From Gemmatimonadales bacterium (GTDB taxonomy: Bacteria > Gemmatimonadota > Gemmatimonadetes > Gemmatimonadales > GWC2-71-9), in contig JBDIWC010000003.1 of assembly GCA_039794085.1 (NCBI GenBank), positions 64,001 to 128,000 of the forward strand: a stretch of 64,000 bases of DNA. Reading direction: 5' to 3'. Under the pieces are notes generated by a model that was given only the letters and a program-made list of their open reading frames with translations, was not told the DNA's origin and searched no databases. Position numbers and translations under genes: made by a program. This document shows, one piece after another, positions 39,211 through 48,554 of the stretch (positions are counted from its first letter, which is position 1; every line of letters starts with the position of its first letter).

Positions 39211-40847
39211 GTCGTCTCGACTGGATCGTGGTGGCCGCGTATCTCGTCGGCACCCTCTCCCTCGGCCTCCTGGTGGCGCGGCGTGGCGCACGGTCCCTGG
39301 CGGAGTTCTTCGTGGGCGGCCGCGCCATCCCGTGGTGGCTCGCCGCCACCTCGATGGCCGCCACGACTTTCAATGTCGACACCCCTTTGTACGTGGCGGG
39401 CCGGGTAGCGCGGGCCGGCATCGCGGGCAACTGGGAGTGGTGGGCCTTCGCCTTTGCCCACGTGCTGATGGCGGTGCTGCTCGCCAAGCTGTGGCGCCGG
39501 GCCAATGTCCTCACCGACCTCGAACTGACCGAGATCCGCTACGGCGGCCGCTCCGCCGCGTGGCTCCGGACCACCCGGGCCTTTCTGCTGGCTGTCCCCT
39601 TCAACGGCATCAGCATCGGGTATGGGATGCTCGCGATGCGCAAGGTGGTGGTGGCCCTGGGCCTCACCGCCAATCTTCCCGACCTCCCGGGGGATGACCG
39701 CCTCTGGGTCCTGATGCCGATCGTGCTCATCGTGCTGGTCTACACCGCGGTGTCGGGCCTCTGGGGTGTGGTCGCCACCGATTTCGTCCAGTACATCCTC
39801 GCCATGTCCGGTGCCGTGCTGGTGGCCTGGTTCGCCCTGAGCGAAGTGGGCGGCATCGGCGCCCTGGCGGACACCCTCCGGGCCCAGGGGAAGGGGAACT
39901 CCCTCGACCTGATCCCGACCGGGAGCGATGCCCTGGTGCCGTTCTCCACCTTCTTCGGGTACATCGCCATTCAATGGTGGGCGTTCCGGAACAGCGACGG
40001 CGGGGGGATGTTCGTGCAGCGGCTCTCGTCCACCCGAAACGAACGGGAGGCGGAGAAGGCGGCCCACGCGTTCAACATCCTGAACTACGTGGTGCGGACC
40101 TGGCCCTGGGTCATGGTCGGGCTGGCGGCTCTCGTCATCCTGCCCGGCCTCGAGGATCCCGAGCTGGCGTACCCGATGTTGATGGTGCGCTACCTGCCGA
40201 GCGGACTGCTCGGGTTGGTGTTCGCGAGCATGCTGGCGGCCTTCATGTCCACGGTCAGCACCCAGGTCAACTGGGGGGCCTCCTACGTCGTCAACGACCT
40301 CTACGCCCGCTTCCGTCCTGGCCGGAGCGATGCCCACCTCCTCCGGGCCGCCCGCTGGGCCTCGGTGGGCCTCACCGTGCTCGCCGCCACTCTCTCCTTT
40401 TTCATGGACGACGTCGGGGCGGTGTTCCGCTTCCTCATCCTGATCGGCAACGGGCCGGGCCTGGTGCTGCTGCTGCGTTGGTTCTGGTGGCGGATCAACG
40501 CCTGGGCGGAACTGAGCGCCATGCTCGCGGGACTCGTTCTGGCGCTCATGACCTACCTGCCGTTTTTCGCGGACCTCACCTTCGGCCAGCGGCTCGCCAT
40601 CACCGCCTTCGGGGCGCTGGCCGTGTGGGTGCCGGTGATGTGGCTCACCCGTCCCGAACCGGCCGAGGTGCTCGACCGGTTCTACGCCCGGGTCCGACCC
40701 GCCGGCTGGTGGGCGCCGATGGCCGCGCACACCGGGCTCGCGCCGCTCGACTCCCTCCGGGCGGACGGGCGGCGATGGATCCAATGGTTGGTGGTGATCC
40801 TGGGCGGCACGCTGGGGACGGGGTGGCTGCTGCTCGCCTTTGGGTAA
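39207..40847 (+). CDS. Sodium:solute symporter (SSS) family transporter
   Basis: EFFVGGRAIPWW, SMAATTF, GLWGVVATD..Q, AAFMST; about 13 TMs. Confidence 0.92.
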   Translation: MSRLDWIVVAAYLVGTLSLGLLVARRGARSLAEFFVGGRAIPWWLAATSMAATTFNVDTPLYVAGRVARAGIAGNWEWWAFAFAHVLMAVLLAKLWRRANVLTDLELTEIRYGGRSAAWLRTTRAFLLAVPFNGISIGYGMLAMRKVVVALGLTANLPDLPGDDRLWVLMPIVLIVLVYTAVSGLWGVVATDFVQYILAMSGAVLVAWFALSEVGGIGALADTLRAQGKGNSLDLIPTGSDALVPFSTFFGYIAIQWWAFRNSDGGGMFVQRLSSTRNEREAEKAAHAFNILNYVVRTWPWVMVGLAALVILPGLEDPELAYPMLMVRYLPSGLLGLVFASMLAAFMSTVSTQVNWGASYVVNDLYARFRPGRSDAHLLRAARWASVGLTVLAATLSFFMDDVGAVFRFLILIGNGPGLVLLLRWFWWRINAWAELSAMLAGLVLALMTYLPFFADLTFGQRLAITAFGALAVWVPVMWLTRPEPAEVLDRFYARVRPAGWWAPMAAHTGLAPLDSLRADGRRWIQWLVVILGGTLGTGWLLLAFG

Positions 40848-40852
40848 ACTGT

Positions 40853-41369
40853 GTCATCCCGAGTGAAACGAGGGATCTGAGACCGCTGCAGGCGTACTTC
40901 ACGTCGTCTGGATCCACGATGGTCGCATGACACCCTCCGCTGGGCGTTCTCGGCCTTGGTTGGTATTTCCCGGGGCTGACGCCCCTTGCTCGGCCAATTG
41001 AGGTGGCTGACGCCACCGGGAACCGCGACGAACCCCCGGATGGGCTGTCATCGCGAGGCGGCGAATGGAAGTGTGAAGTTCGAAGTGTGAAGTTTGAAGA
41101 GTGACCAGGTGTCATCCCGAGTGAAACGAGGGATGATCTGAGACGCCTGGGCGATCTCGTGGGCGGAGGCCTGCGTCGGGAGACGATCGCGGGCCATCAT
41201 GCCAAGACCGAGCCTGTTGGGTTCCGGCACGATGGCCGGCCTTGTGTCTCGCCGGGACGGCACGGGCTCACGGGATCGCCACGGGCCCCCTGTCGCGAGG
41301 AGGCGAAGCCGACGTGGCGATCCGGGCCCTCGCGATGACAGCGTTCCCCCTGCGGGCCCTCGCGATGAC
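40853..41369. repeat. REP cluster: GTCATCCCGAGTGAAACGAGGGAT copies plus a nested GTCATCGCGAGG doublet and a (GAAGTGT)n array
   Basis: Copies at about 40853, 41047, 41111, 41265-41339 and 41350-41369. Confidence 0.85.
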
Positions 41370-41635
41370 GGCCTCCATGCCAGAATCCGGCCGGTTCCTT
41401 CTGGTCTGCTGTACGATCACGCGGGATGAATCCCGCGCGATGCACCTTCGGTGACCTGCGCCGAAGCGCCGGACCCCCATCCGGATGACTCCGCGAGCCG
41501 AACACTGAAGATGAAAACTGTTCATTGATCATTGTCCATAGATCAATGCGCCGCAAGGAGCGCACGCCGGATCCCCTCCTTTCACTCGGGGTCGGCCCGC
41601 TGTCCGCACACCGAACCGTGAGCCCTGGTCATTGA

Positions 41636-42187
41636 TCATTGCTCATTGATCACCGCTCCCCCCGCACGCTGATAGATCCAGACCCAGGTACCCACCGCGG
41701 TCCAGATCGTCTCCCGAGTACCACTGACCGGGTAATGCTCGAATTCGGGTCCCGGGTTCCCTATAAGCGCTCCGCCCTCCGGAACGGCCTCGCGGTTGTC
41801 GGCGCGGGTGACCAAGGTATCCCCCACCCACCGGAACGTCCCGAACCGTTCGGGCCCCAGTTCCAACGTCTCGATGGTGATCCCGTTCCTTCTCCGCTCA
41901 TACTTTGCATGGCCAAGAAAGGTCCCGTCGGGGAGAAGGGTGATGGTATGGAAGTTGACGATGAGCTCTGTCACGAGCGGCTCGCCATTCTCGTCTACCC
42001 CACCCGTCTTGAACATGGGCGCGGGCAGGGGGCGGCCGAAGATCGAGACCAGGTTGTAGACCACCGGTTCGGCCGAAGGCCCCGAGGGGGATGAGCAGGA
42101 ACTGGTGGCCGCCCACAGGACCAGCACGGTGGCTAGAGTGCGGGCGGCTGTTGAACCGTGTACTGTTGGATATGTTCGCGGAGTCAT
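41636..42187 (-). CDS. Hypothetical lipoprotein (lipocalin-like beta-rich)
   Basis: Hydrophobic signal ending TSSC; YNLVSIFGRPLP; 3 nt downstream of the protease stop. Confidence 0.65.
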   Translation of the reverse strand: MTPRTYPTVHGSTAARTLATVLVLWAATSSCSSPSGPSAEPVVYNLVSIFGRPLPAPMFKTGGVDENGEPLVTELIVNFHTITLLPDGTFLGHAKYERRRNGITIETLELGPERFGTFRWVGDTLVTRADNREAVPEGGALIGNPGPEFEHYPVSGTRETIWTAVGTWVWIYQRAGGAVINEQ

Positions 42188-42190
42188 GGG

Positions 42191-43692
42191 TCACGATCCG
42201 GTGATGTTGATCCCGAAACCGGCGGGGATATCTTCGATTTCCGCCGCCACGGCGGTAATCGGGCTGAACACGCAGCCACTCCCCCAGTTGAGACCCACCG
42301 CGAAGATGTCGTTGCCACCGATCCCGAAGAACACTGGCCCGCCGCTGTCGCCTTTCAGGCAACTGTAGGTAGCTTGGAACTGGCAGAGCATCGTCCGGCC
42401 GGTATCAAATAGTTGTCCGAATTGGTTCTCCTCAAACTGGTTAAACATGGCACAGGTCTGCTGCACCGTTCCCACCGTGTTCCCCGTGGTCCGCCCGACC
42501 TTCTGCACAGTCTGTCCCATCACCGCGTTTCCGTAGGAGAAAACCGTTCCGAAAACGCTGGCCGTGAGGCTCCCGACCGGGGGTATCGCCACCCGGCCAT
42601 GATCCGAGTTGGCACTGGTGCCGTAGACGAACAGCGCGGCGTCGGAATAGCGGCACTGGCGCCCGGCGGGGCACGCTGGATCCGCGGCGCTGGTGAACGT
42701 CGGGGGATCGACGAGCTCGGTTCCGATCTGTTCGGCTGTCGAGGACTGGCCCATCGGCATCTGGGTGACCACGCCGAAATTGTCGGTGCAGTGGGAGTTG
42801 GTGAGGAAGTACCGGGCCGGGTTGGACCCCGCATCGGGACGCGCATTGTATCCTAGTGTGCAGTTGAACGGCTGGCCTCCCAGGAAGAACTGGATCTGCA
42901 TGCCGCCTGGCACAGGGCGCCGGGTGCTGGTGATGCTGAACGAGGTTCCGCCACCTCCGCCGCCGCCGCCACCCTCACACGGCTCGATCGCCGTCTCGGG
43001 GTCACACTCCGGGTCCGACTGGACCACGGCCGGGCGCGCCACGGCCCCCTCGAAAGGAACGATCTCCACTGCATCGGCCGGGATCCCGAGGCCGCTGAGC
43101 CGCGTCGTGATGGCGCCCCCGGTCGAGAGATCCCGCACCCCGATCACGATCCGGTTCCGCCGCTCGTCGATGTCGGTCATGGTGACCCCATCCGTTGCCC
43201 CCAGACTGGGAATGACTTGGCCGGTGTACCAGGCGCGCAGCTCCCGGAAGTCGTAGCGGGCCGCTATCGCCCGCATCGCCCCCACCTCGCCGGGAATCTG
43301 GCCGAGCCGCGCGGGGCTCCGGCCGGCCTGCCGCACCAAGAACGCGCTGACCGGGGACCGTGCCGCGTCGGCCCGTCCGGTGTCCTTCAGCCGAACGGTG
43401 AGTGTCCCGTCGTCGTCGTAGTAGAGCCCTCCGAAGCCCGGGACTTCCCCGGCCAGGTCGCTGAACTCATCATCGAGGGTGCGGACCAGACCGCTGGCGC
43501 CGGGCTGTCCTGCGGTGTTGAAGGTGGGAGACATCGCGTCGTCGCTGGGGGCGACGGTTCTATTGTCGCAGGCGGTCAGCGCCAGCAGGAGGAGGAACGG
43601 GGCGGCGGCGAAGCGGCGTCCAACGCGTCCTGCGTCCTGCGTCCTGCGTCCTGCGTCCTGCGTCCTGCGTCCTGCGTCCACAGACGTTCCAT
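42191..43692 (-). CDS. Secreted lipoprotein serine protease, S1 (alpha-lytic/streptogrisin-like) with propeptide; best ATG is out of frame because of a 7-nt repeat
   Basis: Triad motifs FLTNSHC, SDAALF, GDSGGP; lipobox LALTAC; SD-supported ATG 43692 is out of frame, in-frame GTG at 43681. Confidence 0.85.
43625..43679 (+). repeat. Perfect 7-nt microsatellite (GCGTCCT)7 + GCGTCC
   Basis: Read directly. Confidence 0.95.
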
Positions 43693-43727
43693 GGTGCACC
43701 TCACTTGTAAAAGTAGTGTACCTTACC

Positions 43728-43756
43728 ACGGTAGCAAATGGGATTGCCTCTGTCAA
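43728..43756 (-). promoter_or_regulatory. Sigma70-type promoter for the protease cassette
   Basis: Minus strand TTGACA-17 nt-TACCGT. Confidence 0.65.
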
Positions 43757-43967
43757 GAGAAACTTTTTGACACTCCGCGATGCACCTTCGGTGACCGGCG
43801 CTGAAGCGCCGGCCCCCACCCAGCAGCGCCGGGAAAGGGATTCGGATCGCCACGGGTGCGCCGCAAGCAGCGCACCCACGGCTGGCGGGGAGGATCGGAT
43901 GGCATCGGGGACCTCTCGGCCGTGTGAACGGCCGCACCGCCGAGCCCGGGGCGAGAGCCCCGGAGAG

Positions 43968-44300
43968 GAAGTGTGAAGTGCGAAGTGTGAAGTTCGAAGG
44001 GTGGTCGTGGGGGGGGGGGACGGCACTGCGGATCCGGGTGAGCACCCGGAAGGCTGTCATCGCGAGGCGGCGAAGCCGCCGTGGCGATCTCGTGAGCGAA
44101 GGCCTGCGTCGGGAGACGATCGCGGGCCATCATGCCAGGACCAAGCCTGTTGGGTTCCGGTACGATGGCCGGTCTCACGTCTTGCCGGGTCACTATCGGC
44201 TCACGGGATCGCCACGGGCCCTGCGGGCCCTCGCGATGACAACATTCCCCGCGCAGGCCCTCGCGATGACAACATTCCCCGCGCGGGCCCTCGCGATGAC
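43968..44300. repeat. (GAAGTGT)n array followed by an inverted GTCATCGCGAGG REP doublet (REPIN-like) and tandem partial REPs
   Basis: REP + at 44056, REP - at 44198-44240, partial copies ending 44270 and 44300; spacer homologous to 41150-41270. Confidence 0.88.
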
Positions 44301-44335
44301 ACCGTTCCCCTGAAGGCCCACAAGCTGTTCACTGG

Positions 44336-45805
44336 TCATTGGTCATTGTCGAGCATCGCTCGAACGAAGCGTGCCGGCACCGCGTACAGAATCCGCCCCC
44401 CGGTGTCCGAGGCGCCCGCATACAGCACGCCGACCACCCGGCCATCCCCACCGAACACCGGACTCCCGCTCGATCCCGCCGCCCCGTATCCATCGACCTG
44501 CAGCACCGACGGAAGGACGCGGCTCACCGTCCCCGTGAATAACGAGGCCACCACTCCCGTCTCTTCCCATCGCGTCCCCATCGGGAGGTCCAGCCCGCGT
44601 GGAAAGCTGATCAGCACCACCGGCATCCCGACCGATGTGCCCTCTCCCGCGTCGTCCAGACCCCGGACCACCGGCACCCCCCCCGTCACGACCACCCGGA
44701 GCACCGCCAGATCGAGACTGTCATGCCGGGCCACGATTTCGGCCGGGAAGTTCTGGGCCGAACCGTGAAAGATCACCCCGGCCCGGCGGGCGCTTCGTCC
44801 CAGGGAGTCGGACACGGCGTGGCGACTCGTCACGACCCACGCGGTATCCCCGCTCCGGACCGCCGCGAACCCCGTCGCGGTCCAGGCCCGCCCATCCCGG
44901 AACTCGGCCACGACCAGGGCGACGGCGTCGATGTTGGCCTCCGCAACGCCGCGCGAGTCGAGGCCCGCCACGCCCAGCAGGGGAGCCCGCTCGGTCACCG
45001 TGCGGGACACCGCCGCCTCGAGGGAGTCGAACTCCCGGGCCGTGGCATTGTCCAGGGCGGCCGAGTACGCGCGCACCGCGTCCCCCACGGTCCCGAGCAT
45101 CGAATCGAGCGCCGGAGTCCCCGTCTCCGTGGCGGCGATGATCCGGACCAGGCTGTCCACCCGGTGCAGGAGGTCGGCCCGCCGCGCCGCCTCGCTCCGG
45201 CGGGTGGCCACGACATATCCGGCGACACCCGTCACCAGCAGCAGCACCGCCGCGAGGGAACCCCACGTGAGGCGCCTCCACCGCACCGTCCGGCGCGCCA
45301 CCTCGGCGTGGATCGCGAGGGGGGACCGGCCTGGGGCGCCGGACGCCGCGGGTGTCGTGCGGTGACGGATCGGGTCGGGGCGAACGGTGTCCGGTCCCCG
45401 GGTCTCGGCCGTGTCGCTGAGGATGCCGAGCTCCCCGGTGGCGTGGCGATCCCGCCCGGGGGAAGATGCGGCGGCTCGTCCGCCCGGCCCCTCCATGTCG
45501 AACCGGGTTTCGGGTCCGAGTGGTCCGAAGCGAATGACGTCGCCCGGGGCGAGCGGACGGTCATCCCGCACCCGCTCTCCGTTCACCCAGGTCCCGTTGG
45601 TGCTTCCCAGGTCGCGCACGAACCAGGTCTCGTCCTGCCGGAACAGCGCGGCGTGCCGGGCGGAGACGTCGAGATCCCGCGTGGGATCGAAGGCGATGTG
45701 AGACGACGGGTGCCGTCCGATGGTGACAAAATCGCAGGGGAAGACGACCGCGTCTCCGGCCCGGGCCCCCGACAGAATGGTGAGACCGGGTGTGGCGGGA
45801 GCCAT
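44336..45805 (-). CDS. FHA domain - TM - trypsin-like protease fusion
   Basis: FHA IGR...VSARHA...DLGSTNGTWVNG; TM helix; protease VTSRH, DLAVL, GSSGSPV. Confidence 0.85.
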   Translation of the reverse strand: MAPATPGLTILSGARAGDAVVFPCDFVTIGRHPSSHIAFDPTRDLDVSARHAALFRQDETWFVRDLGSTNGTWVNGERVRDDRPLAPGDVIRFGPLGPETRFDMEGPGGRAAASSPGRDRHATGELGILSDTAETRGPDTVRPDPIRHRTTPAASGAPGRSPLAIHAEVARRTVRWRRLTWGSLAAVLLLVTGVAGYVVATRRSEAARRADLLHRVDSLVRIIAATETGTPALDSMLGTVGDAVRAYSAALDNATAREFDSLEAAVSRTVTERAPLLGVAGLDSRGVAEANIDAVALVVAEFRDGRAWTATGFAAVRSGDTAWVVTSRHAVSDSLGRSARRAGVIFHGSAQNFPAEIVARHDSLDLAVLRVVVTGGVPVVRGLDDAGEGTSVGMPVVLISFPRGLDLPMGTRWEETGVVASLFTGTVSRVLPSVLQVDGYGAAGSSGSPVFGGDGRVVGVLYAGASDTGGRILYAVPARFVRAMLDNDQ

Positions 45806-45811
45806 CGGACC

Positions 45812-46837
45812 TCAGCCGGTGAGAAGAAGGAAGATCAGCACCAGGAGACCGAGAAAAACGACTCCGGCGGCCGCGATCGTGAGGGGCGACCCGGTCCGGC
45901 GCTGTGGGGGAGGGGCTTTCGGGCGCGGGGCGGCCAGATGCTCGTGGGTCGATTCGGTCGTGCTCGCTTCCGCGTTCAGGATCTGATAGGCCACCGCGGA
46001 CTCCGGGGGACCGGACAGGGCGGCGCCCTCGAAACGGGCCACGACCACCGTGATGTTGTCGGGTCCCCCGCGCTCATTGGCCGTCGCGATGAGCGCCTCG
46101 GTCACTCCTCCCAGTTCCGTCGTGTCCACGGTCACCGCGCGGGCGATCTCCTCCCGGCGCACCTGGCCTGAGAGGCCATCGGAACAGAGAACCAGGGTGT
46201 CGCCCTGGCGGAGTTCATGCCACGTCAGTTCCACCCGGATGTGGGGATCGGGGCCCAAGGCCTGCAGGATGATGTTCCGGCGCTCGCTCCGTTCCGCCTG
46301 CTCCTCGGTCATCTCCCCCGCGTCCACCAGGCGCTGGGTCAGGGACTGGTCTTTGGTCAACTGCACCGCCTCTCCGTCTCGGACCAGGTACGCCCGGCTG
46401 TCTCCCACCTGGGCCACGTAGAGAAGGTTTCCCAGGACCCCGGCCACGGTGGCCGTGGTGCCCATGCCCCGGAACTCGGGATGGGCCCCGGCATAGGTGT
46501 TGATCTGCAGGTTGGCGAGACTGACCGCTTCCTTCAACAGGAAGGTGAAACGCTCGGGCGTCTGCTCGGCGTCGTGGGCCCACACCTGGGAGAGGTGTCC
46601 GAAGATCAGGTCCGCGGCCATGGAGCTGGCCAGTTCGCCCGCGGCGGCCCCGCCCATGCCGTCGGCCACGAGAAAGAGATGGCCCCGTTCTCCGACGGGC
46701 TCGGTCACAGCCACCGAATCGACGTGGGTCCGTCCCGTCGAGAGGTTGGCCACCAGGAAGGTGTCCTCATTGTGGTCACGCGTCATGCCGGGGTCGGTCC
46801 GGGTGCTGATCGTGACGTAGAGATCGGGGGCTGTCAC
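45812..46837 (-). CDS. PP2C-type Ser/Thr phosphatase (Stp1-like) with C-terminal TM
   Basis: NED, VADGMGG, MGTT, VGDSRAY, LCSDGL, GGPDNITV. Confidence 0.95.
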   Translation of the reverse strand: MTAPDLYVTISTRTDPGMTRDHNEDTFLVANLSTGRTHVDSVAVTEPVGERGHLFLVADGMGGAAAGELASSMAADLIFGHLSQVWAHDAEQTPERFTFLLKEAVSLANLQINTYAGAHPEFRGMGTTATVAGVLGNLLYVAQVGDSRAYLVRDGEAVQLTKDQSLTQRLVDAGEMTEEQAERSERRNIILQALGPDPHIRVELTWHELRQGDTLVLCSDGLSGQVRREEIARAVTVDTTELGGVTEALIATANERGGPDNITVVVARFEGAALSGPPESAVAYQILNAEASTTESTHEHLAAPRPKAPPPQRRTGSPLTIAAAGVVFLGLLVLIFLLLTG

Positions 46838-48411
46838 AGGCTGATTGAATCCCTGGCTTGGCGAGCCCGGGCCAGGAGATCCCGGTAGCGCGGTGTTGGG
46901 TTGAGGCGCATGGCGACTTCAAGGTAATGGATCTGGGCGTCGATCTGATGGTCCAGCCGTGCCTGTTCCGCGAGCCCGAAAGCGGCGCTGGCTCGCAGTG
47001 TGTCGGGAAGACTGGTATCGGACGCGAGGCGCAGGATCTGGCGCCGGGCGTTTTCGCGCACGGCCGGATCGTCGGACGTGATCGCCTCGGGGCTCGGGAG
47101 AGCGAGGACCGACCGGTCCTCTCTCCCCGGACCGCGGTCCGGTTCTCCTGACCGGGTGGGCGCGGAGGGAAGGGCGGGGGGGTGCGTCGCGATGATCCCC
47201 GACGTGGGGTCTCCCGTGGTACCGTCAGCCGAGTCGGTGGCGTCCGGCGGGGGCGGGACCAGAGCATCACTCGCGGGATCGGTTGCCGCCCCGGGGCGGA
47301 CCGCGGCCCAGACCGCAACCGAGGCCAGGGCGACGGCGACCGCCAGGCCCACCAGAAGGCGTCGGCGCAATCGCCGGACCGGCTCCCCCCCGCCCCTCCC
47401 CCCCCCCCGGGTCAGGCGAATCGTCGGCACCTCGTGTTCCTCGGCCAGCGCGGCGGAGAGGGCATCGGCGAACGCCGTCACCGAGACATGCCGGTCCACC
47501 GGTCGCTGGGCCAGTCCCTTCCGCAACACCCTCTCCATCCCTCCGGGGATGGCCAGCCCGGGGGCCGCGTCGGCGATAGGCCGGGGAGGATGAGTGAGAC
47601 GCCGGGTGAGGGCCTCCTGTGCCGTGTTCCCCACGAAGGGAAGGGCGCCGGTAAGCATCCGATAGCACACCAGCGCCAGGGAGTAGACGTCGGTGCGGGC
47701 ATCGACCGGGTCGCCGGCGAGCTGCTCGGGAGCCATGTACTCGGGGGTTCCCAGCACCAGGCCGCCGTGAGTGATGTCCGGCCCCGCCGAGGGGTCCATC
47801 GCCTTGGCGATGCCGAAGTCGACCAGTTTGACGATCTCCGCCGGCGCCGGGGACGCACCACCCGGTCCCGTCCGATCATCCCCGGGCGCCGGGGCGAGGA
47901 GGATGTTGTCCGGCTTGAGGTCGCGGTGGACGATGCCGAGCGCGTGCGCGGCCTGAAGCCCCGCCGCGCACTGCCGCGCGATGGCCACGACCCGGGCGGG
48001 AGGGAATCGGGGGGTCGTCTCCAGGGCCTGGCGGAGCGTGACCCCCTCGATGTACTCCATCGCCAGATAGAGACGACCGGTGGGGGTGACGCCGAAGTCG
48101 TAGAGGGTGCAGACGTTGGGGTGGGTGATGCGGGAGGCGTGCAGGGCTTCGCGCCGAAACCGGCTCGCCGAATCGGGGTGGGTCGCCTGGTCCGGACCGA
48201 TCACCTTGATCGCCGAGACCCGCCCGATGTGGACATGGGTGGCCCGGTACACCTCCCCCATGCCTCCGGTGGCGAGCTTGGCTTCGATCCGGTACCGGCC
48301 GTCGAGCACCTCCCCCGTCAGATCCGCCTTCCCGGGGAGGGGGGTACGGTCTCGCGAGCAGAAGTGCGCGTCGTCGGCGTATTCGGTCCCGCAGGTGGGG
48401 CAGGTCTTCAT
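46834..48411 (-). CDS. Hanks-type Ser/Thr protein kinase with N-terminal zinc ribbon and TM
   Basis: CPTC..C; GGMGEVY, AIKVI, HRDLKPDN, DFG, GTPEYMAPE, DVYSL. Confidence 0.95.
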   Translation of the reverse strand: MKTCPTCGTEYADDAHFCSRDRTPLPGKADLTGEVLDGRYRIEAKLATGGMGEVYRATHVHIGRVSAIKVIGPDQATHPDSASRFRREALHASRITHPNVCTLYDFGVTPTGRLYLAMEYIEGVTLRQALETTPRFPPARVVAIARQCAAGLQAAHALGIVHRDLKPDNILLAPAPGDDRTGPGGASPAPAEIVKLVDFGIAKAMDPSAGPDITHGGLVLGTPEYMAPEQLAGDPVDARTDVYSLALVCYRMLTGALPFVGNTAQEALTRRLTHPPRPIADAAPGLAIPGGMERVLRKGLAQRPVDRHVSVTAFADALSAALAEEHEVPTIRLTRGGGRGGGEPVRRLRRRLLVGLAVAVALASVAVWAAVRPGAATDPASDALVPPPPDATDSADGTTGDPTSGIIATHPPALPSAPTRSGEPDRGPGREDRSVLALPSPEAITSDDPAVRENARRQILRLASDTSLPDTLRASAAFGLAEQARLDHQIDAQIHYLEVAMRLNPTPRYRDLLARARQARDSISL

Positions 48412-48554
48412 GGCATCCCGATCCCCCAGGGGTTGCGCGGGCACGGGGACGATCGCGCCGCGTCCGGGTGAACGGTGTCAAATGTACCGTTCCGGTGAAG
48501 TCGGGTCAACGAGCAGGATTGCCCTAAGTTGCAGCAAACATGTATCTTGCGGCC

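Noticed and set aside
43693..44026. N-terminal 110 codons of the 611-aa protease ORF call
   Set aside because: They run through the promoter and repeat DNA; the signal peptide and SD lie downstream.
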